DNA of 64,000 nt from the NCBI GenBank assembly GCA_003602415.1, contig QQSK01000012.1:9841-73840 (forward strand). Direction: 5' to 3'. Below, one piece after another: positions 46,371 through 56,740 of the stretch (within the stretch, counting starts at the first letter, position 1; each line of letters starts with the position of its first letter). Under the pieces are notes generated by a model. It was not told where the DNA came from. It searched no databases and worked only from the letters and a program-made list of their open reading frames with translations. Made by a program: the position numbers and the translations under genes. Origin of the DNA: Candidatus Poseidoniales archaeon (GTDB taxonomy: Archaea > Thermoplasmatota > Poseidoniia > Poseidoniales > Poseidoniaceae).

Positions 46371-46835
46371 TCACTCGAAATCAGAAGATTCAACAGCAAA
46401 TGCTTCGGAATCTACACCTTTAACCCCTCGGCATCCAGGTGGAAGGAGCATCAATCTTGTCTCTGTCAAGCGAATAATTTGGCCTCCAAGATCTGCCTCA
46501 ATGAATTTATTCAACTGTTCGATTGCAGTTTGAAGTTCTAAATCTCTGGTCATCAATTTCTCCATTCGGACGATTGCCGCCTCACCATCAGCAAGCCAAT
46601 CCATCAATGTTTGAATGCCGGTTAAATCGTGTAAGGTTGCTCTATGAATTACAAGCCCTCCTGGCTCCCTAGGTACTGGAGCATTAGGATACAATTTTTC
46701 CATGTCATGATATCTGTTTGAAACATCAGAGACCACAGAGGAAATCGTTGGTTCTTGTGAAGGTAGATTCAGCCTTCTTGGGGCTTGACCATTAAACGAG
46801 TCGAGAGAGGTCTGCTTATCTTCCTCTTCGCTCAT
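46371..46835 (-). CDS. sepF: Cell-division protein SepF (DUF552)
   Basis: The C-terminal core VIHRATLHDLTGIQTLMDWLADGEAAIVRMEKL......AIEQLNKFIEADLGGQIIRLTETRLMLLPPG fits the SepF alpha/beta pattern. The N-terminal linker looks disordered. Confidence 0.6.
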   Translation of the reverse strand: MSEEEDKQTSLDSFNGQAPRRLNLPSQEPTISSVVSDVSNRYHDMEKLYPNAPVPREPGGLVIHRATLHDLTGIQTLMDWLADGEAAIVRMEKLMTRDLELQTAIEQLNKFIEADLGGQIIRLTETRLMLLPPGCRGVKGVDSEAFAVESSDFE

Positions 46836-46927
46836 GTAGTGGGTGGTGTGACGGTTGGTTCATAAGGGTCCCGCGAGAGGCAGGTATCATCCCGCCTAAT
46901 ATGTCGGGCTCCTAAGAAGGTGAGAAT

Positions 46928-47551
46928 GTGGAACAAGGTCCAGGCGCAGTTAAGACAGGAACAAGTACTGTAGGAATAACATTCAATGGTGGAGTTGTAG
47001 TTGGTGCAGACCATCGTGCAACTATGGGTCACTTTGTTGCAAACAAGAGTGTGCAAAAGTTGTTCAAGATTGGAGACAATCTCGCTCTAACAACCGCAGG
47101 TCTAGTTGGACACGCACAATCTCTAGCTAGAACATTGGCAGCAGAAGTTTCCCTTTTCGAGTTGCGTCGTGGCGACTCAATGACTGTCAAAGGTGCTGCA
47201 ACACTAACTGCAAACATCCTTTCTGGAAGACCTCATTGGGTTCAACTTCTGATTGTTGGAGTTGACAGTGATGGTGGCTCCGTTTACTCAATTGACTCCG
47301 CAGGAGGTTCAATCCCTGACGTCTACTGTGCAACCGGTTCAGGTTCACCTTACATGTATGGTGTTCTTGAAGATGGTTTCAGTGAGAATATGTCTCGCAA
47401 AGATGCCGTTGCTTTAGCAGCCCGTGCATTATCTGCTTCTGCTCAAAGAGATGCTGCATCTGGAAATGGCATGGATTTGGCAGTAATTACAGCGAAAGAC
47501 GGATATGTACCTGTCGAGCAGAGCGAAATCGCAGCCGCACTCAAGAAGTGA
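46928..47551 (+). CDS. psmB: Proteasome subunit beta
   Basis: Short propeptide, then TGTSTVGITFNGGVVVGADHRAT. GTG start preceded by GGTGA. Confidence 0.9.
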   Translation: MEQGPGAVKTGTSTVGITFNGGVVVGADHRATMGHFVANKSVQKLFKIGDNLALTTAGLVGHAQSLARTLAAEVSLFELRRGDSMTVKGAATLTANILSGRPHWVQLLIVGVDSDGGSVYSIDSAGGSIPDVYCATGSGSPYMYGVLEDGFSENMSRKDAVALAARALSASAQRDAASGNGMDLAVITAKDGYVPVEQSEIAAALKK

Positions 47552-47606
47552 GGCATTCCCACTCCACCCGCGGGTTAGTCCCGTGGATCCTCGATGAGGG
47601 TTCACC

Positions 47607-49541
47607 ATGTCAATCAGTGGGATGGAGGTGAAAACGATGAGACTTAGTTTCAAAGAAATGAAAGATGCTATTGCAAAAATTGTTCCTAAAGACATCAAGT
47701 ACGATGTTGATTTGGAAGCTGGCGATATTGCCATTGTCACTCCGACACCAGATTTATTTGGCGGAGGAGAAGGATTGGTTGGTAAAATTGCTAAAAAAAT
47801 CAAGCGACGTATAGTTTTGCGGCCGCATTCATCAATTATGAAAGATGAAAAAGAGACTGAAGAATTTATTCGAGACTTGATTGAAGAAGTTGCAGGAATT
47901 GATTCAATTTATTTCGATGCTTGTTACTGTGAAGTTACAGTGATCTGTAACAATCCTGGTGAGGCTGTTGGACGTAGAGGTGCTAATGCGAAAGCAATTC
48001 GAGACCACTGTGGATGGTTGGTGAAGTTTGAAAGAACACCTCCAATTTATTCTAAGACAATCCACGACATCAAAGGTTACAGAGCAACTCATGCTACCGA
48101 ACGTAGAAAATTACTGAAAGATTTCGGATTAAATATCTACAGACCTAAGAGACCTGGTTCATTTTGGGTTAGAACAACTGCACTCGGTTCTTACAGAGAA
48201 GTTGGAAGGGCATGCCACTTGGTAACTACTAACGAAAGCCGTGTAATGATAGATGTTGGAGTCAATATCGCATCTGATACTGACCCAATGCCATATTTCA
48301 CCGCACCTGAAGCATTACCAATGGAAAAAATGGATGCTGTTGTTCTAACACATGCTCACTTAGACCACGCAGGAATGCTGCCTGTATTATTCAAATATGG
48401 ATACAGAGGTCCAGTATATTGTACACCACCTACAAGAGATATGATGCTACTTCTGCAATCAGATTATCTCAAAGTCGGTGGTTCTGAAGGAAAGAGAGCT
48501 CCTTACGATATGGAAGACATCAGAACCTGTATGCGTCACGTTATCGATGTAGACTGGGGACAAACCGTTGATATCGCCCCCGATGTGAAGTTGACATTCC
48601 ACAACGCAGGTCACATTCTAGGCTCATCATCTGTTCACTTACATGTTGGAGAAGGAAAGCACAACATTGTATTCTCGGGAGACCAAAAATACGAGAAATC
48701 ATGGCTATTTGACGCTGCTAACACAAGATTCCCACGTTGTGAAACTCTGGTCATCGAATCTACCTATGGAGCATCTGGTGATTTCCAACCAAGTAGAGAA
48801 GAGGCAAATCAAGAATTACAAGACATAGTTAGTAGAACTATACAGCGAGGTGGCAAATTGATTTGTCCTGTTTTCGCAGTAGGTAGATCGCAAGAGGTTA
48901 TGATTGCTATCGATGAATTATTCAGATCAGGCAATGTGAAACCCGTACCTGTTTATCTGGATGGAATGATTCAAGAAGCAACTGCAATACACTCATCACA
49001 CCCTAATTATCTGACTCAATCACTAAGAAAGAGTCTATTGAAAGATGATGATGACAATCCGTTTACAAGCGATTGGTTCCGTCCGGTTCAAGGAAGAGAA
49101 ATGCGTGAATCTATCATCATGGATAGTAGCCCTTGTATCGTTCTTGCAACAAGTGGTATGATGAATGGTGGACCTGTAATGAATTACTTCCAACACTGGG
49201 CTCATGAAAACAGAAACTCGCTTTGCTTCGTGGGTTACCAAGCAGAAGGAACTCTAGGAAGAAGGCTGCAAAAGGGATTCAGTGAAGTACCGATGATTAT
49301 CAACGGCCAAACAGAGATTGTAAAAATCGGATGTGAAATGGCTACAATCGATGGTTTCAGTGGACATTCAGATAGAAGACAGTTACTGGAATTCATAGAA
49401 AATATGAGTCCTCGACCAAAGAATGTAATTTGTCATCATGGTGATTACTTCAAATGTAACGAATTGGGAAGAACTCTAAGAGAGAAATTCAAAGTTCGAA
49501 CCTATGCTCCACAAAACCTTGAAACAATCAGATTATCTTGA
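47607..49541 (+). CDS. fttA: aCPSF1/FttA: KH-domain plus metallo-beta-lactamase/beta-CASP ribonuclease (archaeal transcription termination factor)
   Basis: N-terminal KH-like region, THAHLDHAG, beta-CASP motifs and a C-terminal GHSD. 644 aa, and adjacent to psmB as in many archaea. Confidence 0.9.
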   Translation: MSISGMEVKTMRLSFKEMKDAIAKIVPKDIKYDVDLEAGDIAIVTPTPDLFGGGEGLVGKIAKKIKRRIVLRPHSSIMKDEKETEEFIRDLIEEVAGIDSIYFDACYCEVTVICNNPGEAVGRRGANAKAIRDHCGWLVKFERTPPIYSKTIHDIKGYRATHATERRKLLKDFGLNIYRPKRPGSFWVRTTALGSYREVGRACHLVTTNESRVMIDVGVNIASDTDPMPYFTAPEALPMEKMDAVVLTHAHLDHAGMLPVLFKYGYRGPVYCTPPTRDMMLLLQSDYLKVGGSEGKRAPYDMEDIRTCMRHVIDVDWGQTVDIAPDVKLTFHNAGHILGSSSVHLHVGEGKHNIVFSGDQKYEKSWLFDAANTRFPRCETLVIESTYGASGDFQPSREEANQELQDIVSRTIQRGGKLICPVFAVGRSQEVMIAIDELFRSGNVKPVPVYLDGMIQEATAIHSSHPNYLTQSLRKSLLKDDDDNPFTSDWFRPVQGREMRESIIMDSSPCIVLATSGMMNGGPVMNYFQHWAHENRNSLCFVGYQAEGTLGRRLQKGFSEVPMIINGQTEIVKIGCEMATIDGFSGHSDRRQLLEFIENMSPRPKNVICHHGDYFKCNELGRTLREKFKVRTYAPQNLETIRLS

Positions 49542-50915
49542 TTATTCAAAGAAAGAATCGACTAGATGTGCGGTTTGGTCCCTCATCTCTGAGAGATTAC
49601 TCAACCACTCTGATGCTCTATCAATACACATTTGCTTCATTTCACCAGCTAAAATCTTTCCAGAACGATAGCCCTGATTTATCTCAGACAAGAATGAATC
49701 GTCTTCCTCAAAGAAATACATCATGTATTGATATGCCACATCCTTATCTGGATCTCCACCTAATCTTCTGTGCTCTTCCAATGTGGCTTGACCGCCGGAA
49801 AATGATTTCTTGATTTTCTTCTCTGCAGTGGCCACATCATCACCAAGGAAAAGTGTGGTCTTCGGCTTTGATGAAGACATCTTATCTCCAGTCATTCCTA
49901 CAGCAAAGCGATGGTAAGTGCTAGAAGGCGCCAATAATCCCATGCCTCCCATTTTCCTTTCTAAAGAAAGAAGAGCCATTCTAATCGAGCCTTTATCCCT
50001 TGAAGTTGCACTTGGAACATTGACAGTACCATGCTTAGGGTTTGACATAATATCTGAGAATCCTAGTTGAGAAATAGAATCCACAATTTGTGAAAATACC
50101 TGCTTTTGCTTCTCTTTGTTAACCCTGCCATTAGCTTCGACTCCCATTGCAAATGCATTTTCCTCTTGGACTGAAACCCCAACTTGCAATCCCATCTTTG
50201 CATCGCTAACATTGAACCAATTTGTCTTAGCAGCCAATCCTCTTGTCAATCTGAGATGAGGGTCTTGGTCAACACCGACTGGAACAACAATTGGACGAAG
50301 TCCTCCAAATTCCTCCATCTGAGGATGCAAAATATCTCCTGCTTGTACCAGTGGGGCCTGAACATGTGCTAAGTTAGTTGAACCATCAAAGCCGTATATG
50401 GCTTCTAATTCGGATAAGTTAGTTCTTTTTCCCAACTGAAAACCAAGTTTCTGAACGATGTTCCTTTCCGATTGGAAGTAAACTGTTGTCTTCTCGGGGT
50501 CAAGACCTAATGCTGCATAATTCGCAACATATTCTTGTGCTGCTATCTTCTTGCCTTCCTCTAAAGAAATGCCTCTAGTAGCATTTGACTCCAAATCTGC
50601 GACTGCGATTGTCACATCTCCGCCTTGCTTTTGAAACCAACTTACTTGGTCGATGACCATTGAATGACCAAGATGCATGCGGCCTGATGGCATCAATCCA
50701 GTCAAGACTCCAAATGGGTTGGCTTTTCTTTTTGCTTCAAGGACCAAATCAAGTTCACGATGTGCGAAAACAATTCCACGTCTGTGTAGCCTGGAAGGAT
50801 CTTGAATAGATACACTATCCATCGATGAAAGACCAAATTGTTCGATGATTCTTGAGTAATCTGTAGATTGTGACGAACCCCAAGGATCGATAGTCACTTT
50901 GTCATTCATCATCAT
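49542..50915 (-). CDS. trpS: Tryptophan--tRNA ligase (archaeal/eukaryotic type)
   Basis: HLGH in PSGRMHLGHSMV, KMSSSKP (KMSKS) and LHRRGIVFAHRELD. Candidate start codons are ATGATGATG at 50909-50915. Confidence 0.85.
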   Translation of the reverse strand: MMMNDKVTIDPWGSSQSTDYSRIIEQFGLSSMDSVSIQDPSRLHRRGIVFAHRELDLVLEAKRKANPFGVLTGLMPSGRMHLGHSMVIDQVSWFQKQGGDVTIAVADLESNATRGISLEEGKKIAAQEYVANYAALGLDPEKTTVYFQSERNIVQKLGFQLGKRTNLSELEAIYGFDGSTNLAHVQAPLVQAGDILHPQMEEFGGLRPIVVPVGVDQDPHLRLTRGLAAKTNWFNVSDAKMGLQVGVSVQEENAFAMGVEANGRVNKEKQKQVFSQIVDSISQLGFSDIMSNPKHGTVNVPSATSRDKGSIRMALLSLERKMGGMGLLAPSSTYHRFAVGMTGDKMSSSKPKTTLFLGDDVATAEKKIKKSFSGGQATLEEHRRLGGDPDKDVAYQYMMYFFEEDDSFLSEINQGYRSGKILAGEMKQMCIDRASEWLSNLSEMRDQTAHLVDSFFE

Positions 50916-52095
50916 CACCGCCGGCAACAACAGGCATCAACTCTTCGGCCCTAGAATAGTCTAGAGAGTCCTTCTTGAGCAATAGCCAAATTCCCGACAC
51001 ACTAGCAAGCAACACTCCAACACCAGCATATGGCAACCAAGGAATACCTTCATCTAGACTCCTAGGTGAAATCAACCAGGTGAATCTTAGGAATTGATTA
51101 TCATCAAATCTTTTCGACCAAAGGAAGAGGTCGGTAGTTGAGTGACCTGCAACTGTTAAAGCAGCAGATTTGTTGTTGAAAAATTGGGTTCTTCCAAGTA
51201 TATCATAATCCACATCTTCAGTTAGGTTAAAATGAATTTCATGACCCATTAGTACGCTGAAATATAGAATATCTCCTTCTTGCCTCCAACCCTCCATGGT
51301 ATTGGATTCCTCAGTACTAATCTCAATTAAGTTAGAACCTGTAACATTGGAACCACTAATATCGGCAATCCAAGTTACTGGAACATTCCAAGCGTTAGTT
51401 GAAGACCGGCATGCTATTGTGTCAATGTGCTCAAAATGCAATGTTGAACCATTCATCTGATGGTCGAATTCGTAGCATCTATGAACCGACCAATAGGAAT
51501 AAGCTTCACCCCAAGTTGTAAACCAGACATCATTTCTTTGGGAAAGCATATCCAATACATCACCATCATGCCTCACAGTGGCATCATGAATTCTTCCAAT
51601 CCAGTACATGTTGACCAATCCGCCTGCGTCCAATTCAGCGCTTAAGGCATCCACATCTGCAATTTCCTTTTCTAGCGAGCCACCTCTTCTACCAAGATCG
51701 TACCAATCATATTCTGATTCAGGGACATTTTCTGAGGAATGCCATGCTGTAGATGATTGACCGGTATTATCACCATGAATTGTAAATCCTTGATTTGCAA
51801 TAACGGTGTGTTGGGCCGCCGTCAGATCACTTGGAGTGTAGGTGGATAGTGGCTGAGCACCCCATTTAGAGGCATCTATTCTGTCTTCGATATAATTTCG
51901 ACACTCCAATGCAACTGCTCCTGGATCTGCTTTCCATTCAAGATTGGGCATTCCATAACAACCGAATTCATCGCCATTATCTAGATGTTCTAAACCTATT
52001 GTGGCCAACCAACCATCCTCTTCCCATTTTACATCGGCTAGTACAGATGGAGCGAGGGTTGCGGACAGCAACATCGCCAGAACTAGCATACGCAT
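50902..52095 (-). CDS. Hypothetical secreted protein with a C-terminal TM anchor and an acidic tail (...GGDDDE)
   Basis: The internal ATG gives signal peptide MRMLVLAMLLSATLAPSVLA. C-terminal TM is YAGVGVLLASVSGIWLLL. No secure domain call. Confidence 0.5.
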   Translation of the reverse strand: MRMLVLAMLLSATLAPSVLADVKWEEDGWLATIGLEHLDNGDEFGCYGMPNLEWKADPGAVALECRNYIEDRIDASKWGAQPLSTYTPSDLTAAQHTVIANQGFTIHGDNTGQSSTAWHSSENVPESEYDWYDLGRRGGSLEKEIADVDALSAELDAGGLVNMYWIGRIHDATVRHDGDVLDMLSQRNDVWFTTWGEAYSYWSVHRCYEFDHQMNGSTLHFEHIDTIACRSSTNAWNVPVTWIADISGSNVTGSNLIEISTEESNTMEGWRQEGDILYFSVLMGHEIHFNLTEDVDYDILGRTQFFNNKSAALTVAGHSTTDLFLWSKRFDDNQFLRFTWLISPRSLDEGIPWLPYAGVGVLLASVSGIWLLLKKDSLDYSRAEELMPVVAGGDDDE

Positions 52096-52183
52096 ATGGT
52101 TGCGCCTGTTTATGTCGCATTTCAGCATTACCTTGCCCTGAAGATAAGTAATCATCAAAGGTGGGAATAAACTCGAAGGCTTG

Positions 52184-52948
52184 ATGAGTGACCTCAAAGA
52201 GGCATGGATGGCATTAGAAAGCCATTGGAAAATCACTCCCAAGGATTCTAGAATTACTGGGGATAAATCATATGGTTTCATGCGATGGACATTAGCACCA
52301 CTATTCAGAATGATTCTTCGAGTAAAAATTAGAGGAATCGGCAATGTACCCAAGAGTGGTCCAACTATTTTAGCCGCAAATCACCTTTCACACGTAGACC
52401 CTTTGGTAGTGATTCTCGCCTCAAGAAGGAAAACTCACTACTTAGCAAAGGATGGACACTTCAGAAACTTTGCATTAGCATCTTTCATGCGAGCAACCGG
52501 CCAGATTGAAACCAATCGAGAAACCGGTGGTGCCGAGGCTCTATCCAGTGCTGCAGTGGTACTTCATGCGAAAAGGGCATTGGGTATATTTCCTGAAGGA
52601 ACTAGATCTAAGAAAGAAGAGCCACCTTACCTCCTCCCTGGTAAAACAGGAATTGCAAGATTGGCAGCATCCTATCCCGATGTACCGGTTGTGCCTATTG
52701 GATTAACGGGAACAAGAGATTTCATGACTCCTTCTAAGCACAAACTTCCAAGACTTTGGAAACCTGTTGGCATATCTTATGGAAAATCGATAACTTGGTG
52801 GGAATGGTTGGAGAAAAGAAGTGATGTTAAGACATTGCAAGCACTTGCTCACAAAGAAGACCACGAGGTAAAATCTGAGTTAGCATCAATGTACAGACAG
52901 TTCACTGATGAGTTCATGGAGAGAATCAAAGGTCAAGGTGCTCCGTGA
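52184..52948 (+). CDS. plsC: 1-acyl-sn-glycerol-3-phosphate acyltransferase family (PlsC-like)
   Basis: AANHLSHVDP (HX4D) and FPEGTRS motifs. Confidence 0.8.
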   Translation: MSDLKEAWMALESHWKITPKDSRITGDKSYGFMRWTLAPLFRMILRVKIRGIGNVPKSGPTILAANHLSHVDPLVVILASRRKTHYLAKDGHFRNFALASFMRATGQIETNRETGGAEALSSAAVVLHAKRALGIFPEGTRSKKEEPPYLLPGKTGIARLAASYPDVPVVPIGLTGTRDFMTPSKHKLPRLWKPVGISYGKSITWWEWLEKRSDVKTLQALAHKEDHEVKSELASMYRQFTDEFMERIKGQGAP

Positions 52949-52985
52949 CAATCCTCAAAGGCCTTCACAATTGACCGCCTAAACG

Positions 52986-53783
52986 ATGCAAGAGTATCTA
53001 GATTTGATGCAGCGTATTCTTGACGAAGGTGAAGAGAAAGGTGACCGAACTGGAACGGGCACACTCTCAGTTTTTGGTCACCAAATGCGTTTCGATTTGT
53101 CCAAGGGATTCCCTATGGTCACAACAAAAAAGCTGCATCTAAAATCAATAGTTCATGAACTACTTTGGTTCCTGATGGGAGACACAAATGTTTCTTACTT
53201 GCAAGAAAATGGTGTCCGAATATGGAATGATTGGGCCGATGAAAACGGCGACCTTGGTCCTGTTTATGGAAAGCAGTGGCGTAAATGGGAAGCAAAGAAT
53301 GGCAAGGTTATCGACCAGGTTGAGCTGGCTATTGACATGATAAAAAACAACCCAAATTCCCGAAGAATAATCGTCAGCGCTTGGAATGTTGGTGAGTTAG
53401 AAGAGATGGCACTTATGCCATGTCATGCATTTTTCCAATTCCATGTGGCAGGTGGTAAGCTAAATTGCCAATTGTACCAAAGAAGTGCAGACGTGTTCTT
53501 GGGAGTACCATTCAACATTGCATCATATGCTCTTTTGACACACATGATGGCACAGGTTTGTGAACTACAACCTGGCGTATTTGTTCACACAATTGGAGAT
53601 GCTCACCTTTACACAAACCACTTAGAACAAGCCAAACTACAATTGTCACGCACACCAATTGAGCCACTTCCAACATTAAAACTAAATCCAAACATCAAGA
53701 ATATTGATGATTTTACATACGAGGATATCGAAGTATTAGGATATGAGCATCACCCTCACATCAAAGCTCCAATCGCAGTGTGA
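52986..53783 (+). CDS. thyA: Thymidylate synthase (ThyA)
   Basis: [39 protein letters not shown] and DAHLYTNH. Confidence 0.95.
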   Translation: MQEYLDLMQRILDEGEEKGDRTGTGTLSVFGHQMRFDLSKGFPMVTTKKLHLKSIVHELLWFLMGDTNVSYLQENGVRIWNDWADENGDLGPVYGKQWRKWEAKNGKVIDQVELAIDMIKNNPNSRRIIVSAWNVGELEEMALMPCHAFFQFHVAGGKLNCQLYQRSADVFLGVPFNIASYALLTHMMAQVCELQPGVFVHTIGDAHLYTNHLEQAKLQLSRTPIEPLPTLKLNPNIKNIDDFTYEDIEVLGYEHHPHIKAPIAV

Positions 53784-54244
53784 TACTTATGCTAGGCATG
53801 ATAGTGGCATGTGACCGAAATGGTGCCATAGGAAAGAATGGAGACCTTCCTTGGAGGCAATCGACAGATCTGCAACATTTCAAACAAATAACAATGGGTT
53901 CCAATTTGATAATGGGTAGAAAAACGTGGGACTCATTACCCGGCATGCTTCCTGGGCGAGAGCACTTTGTCCTTTCAAGAGGAGAAGTTGAGGGAGTGGA
54001 AGTCATTACCTTTGAACAGGCAATAGAAATGGAAGGATGGATTATTGGGGGCGGAGAAATTTACAAATTATTTCTGTCACATGTGTCAGTATTACACCGA
54101 ACAATCATCGATGCGAGAGTCGATGATGCAGATACTCATTTTCCCGACATCACTGGAATGGGATTTACTCTGGATGAAGAGAAACATGTGTCCGCTGGAG
54201 AAAAAGACCAATTTGACATGGTTTTCCAAAAGTGGATTAAATGA
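53780..54244 (+). CDS. folA: Dihydrofolate reductase
   Basis: [27 protein letters not shown] and IGGGEIY. GTG start overlaps the thyA stop (GTGA). Confidence 0.85.
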   Translation: MILMLGMIVACDRNGAIGKNGDLPWRQSTDLQHFKQITMGSNLIMGRKTWDSLPGMLPGREHFVLSRGEVEGVEVITFEQAIEMEGWIIGGGEIYKLFLSHVSVLHRTIIDARVDDADTHFPDITGMGFTLDEEKHVSAGEKDQFDMVFQKWIK

Positions 54245-54304
54245 AACTATTCGGCTGTAGCCGAACTATGCAAAGGTTAAGTGCAAAGCACTAGTACCAA
54301 AGTC

Positions 54305-54880
54305 ATGAGCGCAGGTCTCGTAATTGGAGCAATAGCCGGTGTAGTTGTAATCATACTACTAATATGGTTCATCAGCACTTGGAATCGTCTAGTTCGTTTA
54401 GAAGAAAATGTAAACAAATCATGGGCAGACATCGATGTTCTTCTAAAGCAAAGATATGACATGATACCGAACTTAGTTAATACCGTCAAAGGGTATGCTA
54501 CTCATGAGAAAGATATCTTCGAGCAATTTGCATTAGCTCGTCAAACTGCAGCAGGAGCATTGGCATCTGGTGATGTCAGAGGTGTTGGTGCAGCTGAAGG
54601 AACCATTGCTGCACTTATGCCTAGAATTAACATGGTCGCTGAACAATATCCAGAATTGAAGGCTGACTCATCATTCGTTAATCTTCAAAACCAACTAGTA
54701 TCCATCGAGAATCAAGTTTCCGATCGCAGAGAGTTCTACAATTCTAGTGCTACCAACTGGAATGCTGCAATCCAAATGATTCCTACAAGCATTGTTGCAG
54801 GAATGAAGAAAGCAGTACGCAGAGACTTGTTCGAGGTCACAGACCCTGTACAGAGAGAAGCGGTAAAAGTCGAATTCTGA
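54305..54880 (+). CDS. lemA: LemA family protein
   Basis: N-terminal TM, then WNRLVRLEENVNKSWADIDVLLKQRYDMIPNLV. Confidence 0.85.
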   Translation: MSAGLVIGAIAGVVVIILLIWFISTWNRLVRLEENVNKSWADIDVLLKQRYDMIPNLVNTVKGYATHEKDIFEQFALARQTAAGALASGDVRGVGAAEGTIAALMPRINMVAEQYPELKADSSFVNLQNQLVSIENQVSDRREFYNSSATNWNAAIQMIPTSIVAGMKKAVRRDLFEVTDPVQREAVKVEF

Positions 54881-54906
54881 TTAAATCAGTTTTGAATCGA
54901 TGCTAT

Positions 54907-55611
54907 TCAAAATAGCATCAATGCACCGATACCAAATACGGTTACATCACATATTGCATGAGTAATGTATGGAATCCATATGCTCCTGTAGCGTATGTAT
55001 AGCCAAGAAAAAATTGCCCCACCGATGAATAATCCAATACTTGCCAATAAATTGGCCCACCAAGGGAAACCAAAGAAGTACAATGCGATTGAGTGATGGA
55101 CTACGAAAATCATCGCTGACAAAACTATTGCATATTTTTCTCCTGAACATATGATTTCAGATTTTACTACCAAGAACCATCTAAACACGTATTCCTCCAA
55201 CAAAGAGTTCAGGAAAATCCAGTACATACAGCCTAATACATACAATTTCCAATCCAGTAAACCAACAGGCTCTACTGCATCTCGTAAAATGTTGTAATCA
55301 AGTAAATCCTTGACAAAAAACCAAACTATCAGCATTATTGCACTCAATCCAAGACCCAAACCAATGGCCATAGAATAGCCGCCATTTTCTGGCTTTGACC
55401 ACGACCATTCATTGCGATCCCTTTTCAGATGCCAATACAACGGGATTAACAATAGACATATTTTGAATAGAATAAATGCAATTTGAGAAAATAATCCCCC
55501 ATCCGTTCCAAATGAAACCAGAATGGAAACAGTGGGTATCATCCCTACCAGAATCAAAGCCAATATTGCATCTTGACGATTCTGCATATGTGTCGCTGGT
55601 GTAGTTGACAC
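54907..55611 (-). CDS. CPBP-family intramembrane glutamic endopeptidase (CAAX protease-like)
   Basis: EEYVFRWF (EExxxR), FVVHH and a HAICD-type second His motif. Multi-TM. Confidence 0.75.
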   Translation of the reverse strand: MSTTPATHMQNRQDAILALILVGMIPTVSILVSFGTDGGLFSQIAFILFKICLLLIPLYWHLKRDRNEWSWSKPENGGYSMAIGLGLGLSAIMLIVWFFVKDLLDYNILRDAVEPVGLLDWKLYVLGCMYWIFLNSLLEEYVFRWFLVVKSEIICSGEKYAIVLSAMIFVVHHSIALYFFGFPWWANLLASIGLFIGGAIFSWLYIRYRSIWIPYITHAICDVTVFGIGALMLF

Positions 55612-55669
55612 TTAACCTAATTGACGGCACTTCCTACATGATGGAAATAGAAGAATACCATTTTGAAAG

Positions 55670-56695
55670 TTAATCTTCTGCAAATTTGATTAGAACTTTG
55701 CCCACATTTTTGGCATCATGTATGTACTGATGGGCTTGTGCTACGTCTTTGGCGTGAAATACAGAATCGATTACAGGCTTTAGATGACCAGACTCAATCC
55801 CTTTCATAATTTTGAGTAATTGTTCTGCCATAGCATCTTCATCACTCCAAGTTCCCATATGAACGCCAAATACCCCTCGATTTCGAGTCATTAGTTTGAG
55901 TGGGTCGAATTTTGGAGTCTTTCTCCACGCAAGATATGCGCGAATAAGCGAGCGCTTAGATGATGGAGCCGCTGCCGACATTCCGTAGGTGTACAAGCGA
56001 CCTCCTTCTGCTAAAACAGAAAGGCTACGAGTCAAATTATCTCCTCCAATAGGATCTAGAATATGGTCAACCCCTCTTCCATTAGTTGCTTCTTTGATTA
56101 TTTTTACAAAATCCTGATTGTGACGGTCTATGGCAATCCCGCCAAAGGATTCTATGATTTGAGATTTCGAACCAGACGCTGTTGCCCACACATTCTCAAT
56201 TCCTGCCCATTGACACAGTTGCAAAGCAGCAGTCCCTACACCTCCTGCTCCTCCATGAATCAATACAGTCTCACCTTTCTTCAGATGTCCAAGGTAATGT
56301 AGCATATGATGTGCAGTAAGATAGGTTACTGGCATTGCTGCTGCTGCATCAAGGCCCAAGTCATCTGGAACTGGAATCACTCTTGATGATTTGACAGATA
56401 CATGACTTGACTGGCCTCCTGTAGGCATTGCAGCTACTACTCTTTGTCCTACTTCGAAATCAGTAACTCCCTTACCAAGAGATTGAACTATTCCACTCAA
56501 TTCATAGCCCGGAGTGAAAGGAAATGGAGGCCTAGGCTGATAGAGGCCTAATCTCATAAGAGTGTCTGCAAAGTTGATTCCAGCATAATGAACCTCTATG
56601 CAAACTTCACCTTCTCCAGGAGTAGGCATAGGCATTTCCTGAATTTTCAATACAGAAGGTGAGCCTGCTTTTGTTATGGCTACACGGTAAGACAT
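55670..56695 (-). CDS. Zn-independent medium-chain dehydrogenase / quinone oxidoreductase (Qor/VAT-1-like)
   Basis: GINFAD, and the LIHGGAGGVGTAALQL Rossmann motif. Confidence 0.85.
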   Translation of the reverse strand: MSYRVAITKAGSPSVLKIQEMPMPTPGEGEVCIEVHYAGINFADTLMRLGLYQPRPPFPFTPGYELSGIVQSLGKGVTDFEVGQRVVAAMPTGGQSSHVSVKSSRVIPVPDDLGLDAAAAMPVTYLTAHHMLHYLGHLKKGETVLIHGGAGGVGTAALQLCQWAGIENVWATASGSKSQIIESFGGIAIDRHNQDFVKIIKEATNGRGVDHILDPIGGDNLTRSLSVLAEGGRLYTYGMSAAAPSSKRSLIRAYLAWRKTPKFDPLKLMTRNRGVFGVHMGTWSDEDAMAEQLLKIMKGIESGHLKPVIDSVFHAKDVAQAHQYIHDAKNVGKVLIKFAED

Positions 56696-56740
56696 AACAC
56701 GCCCACGAGCAACAGCAAATCAATACTTGCTAAGAAGAGA

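Noticed and set aside
46836-46927. Relatively GC-rich 92-nt spacer between sepF and psmB that might encode a small RNA.
   Set aside because: It contains a TAATAT box and a GGTGA Shine-Dalgarno-like element at sensible distances from the psmB GTG. A divergent promoter explains it better.
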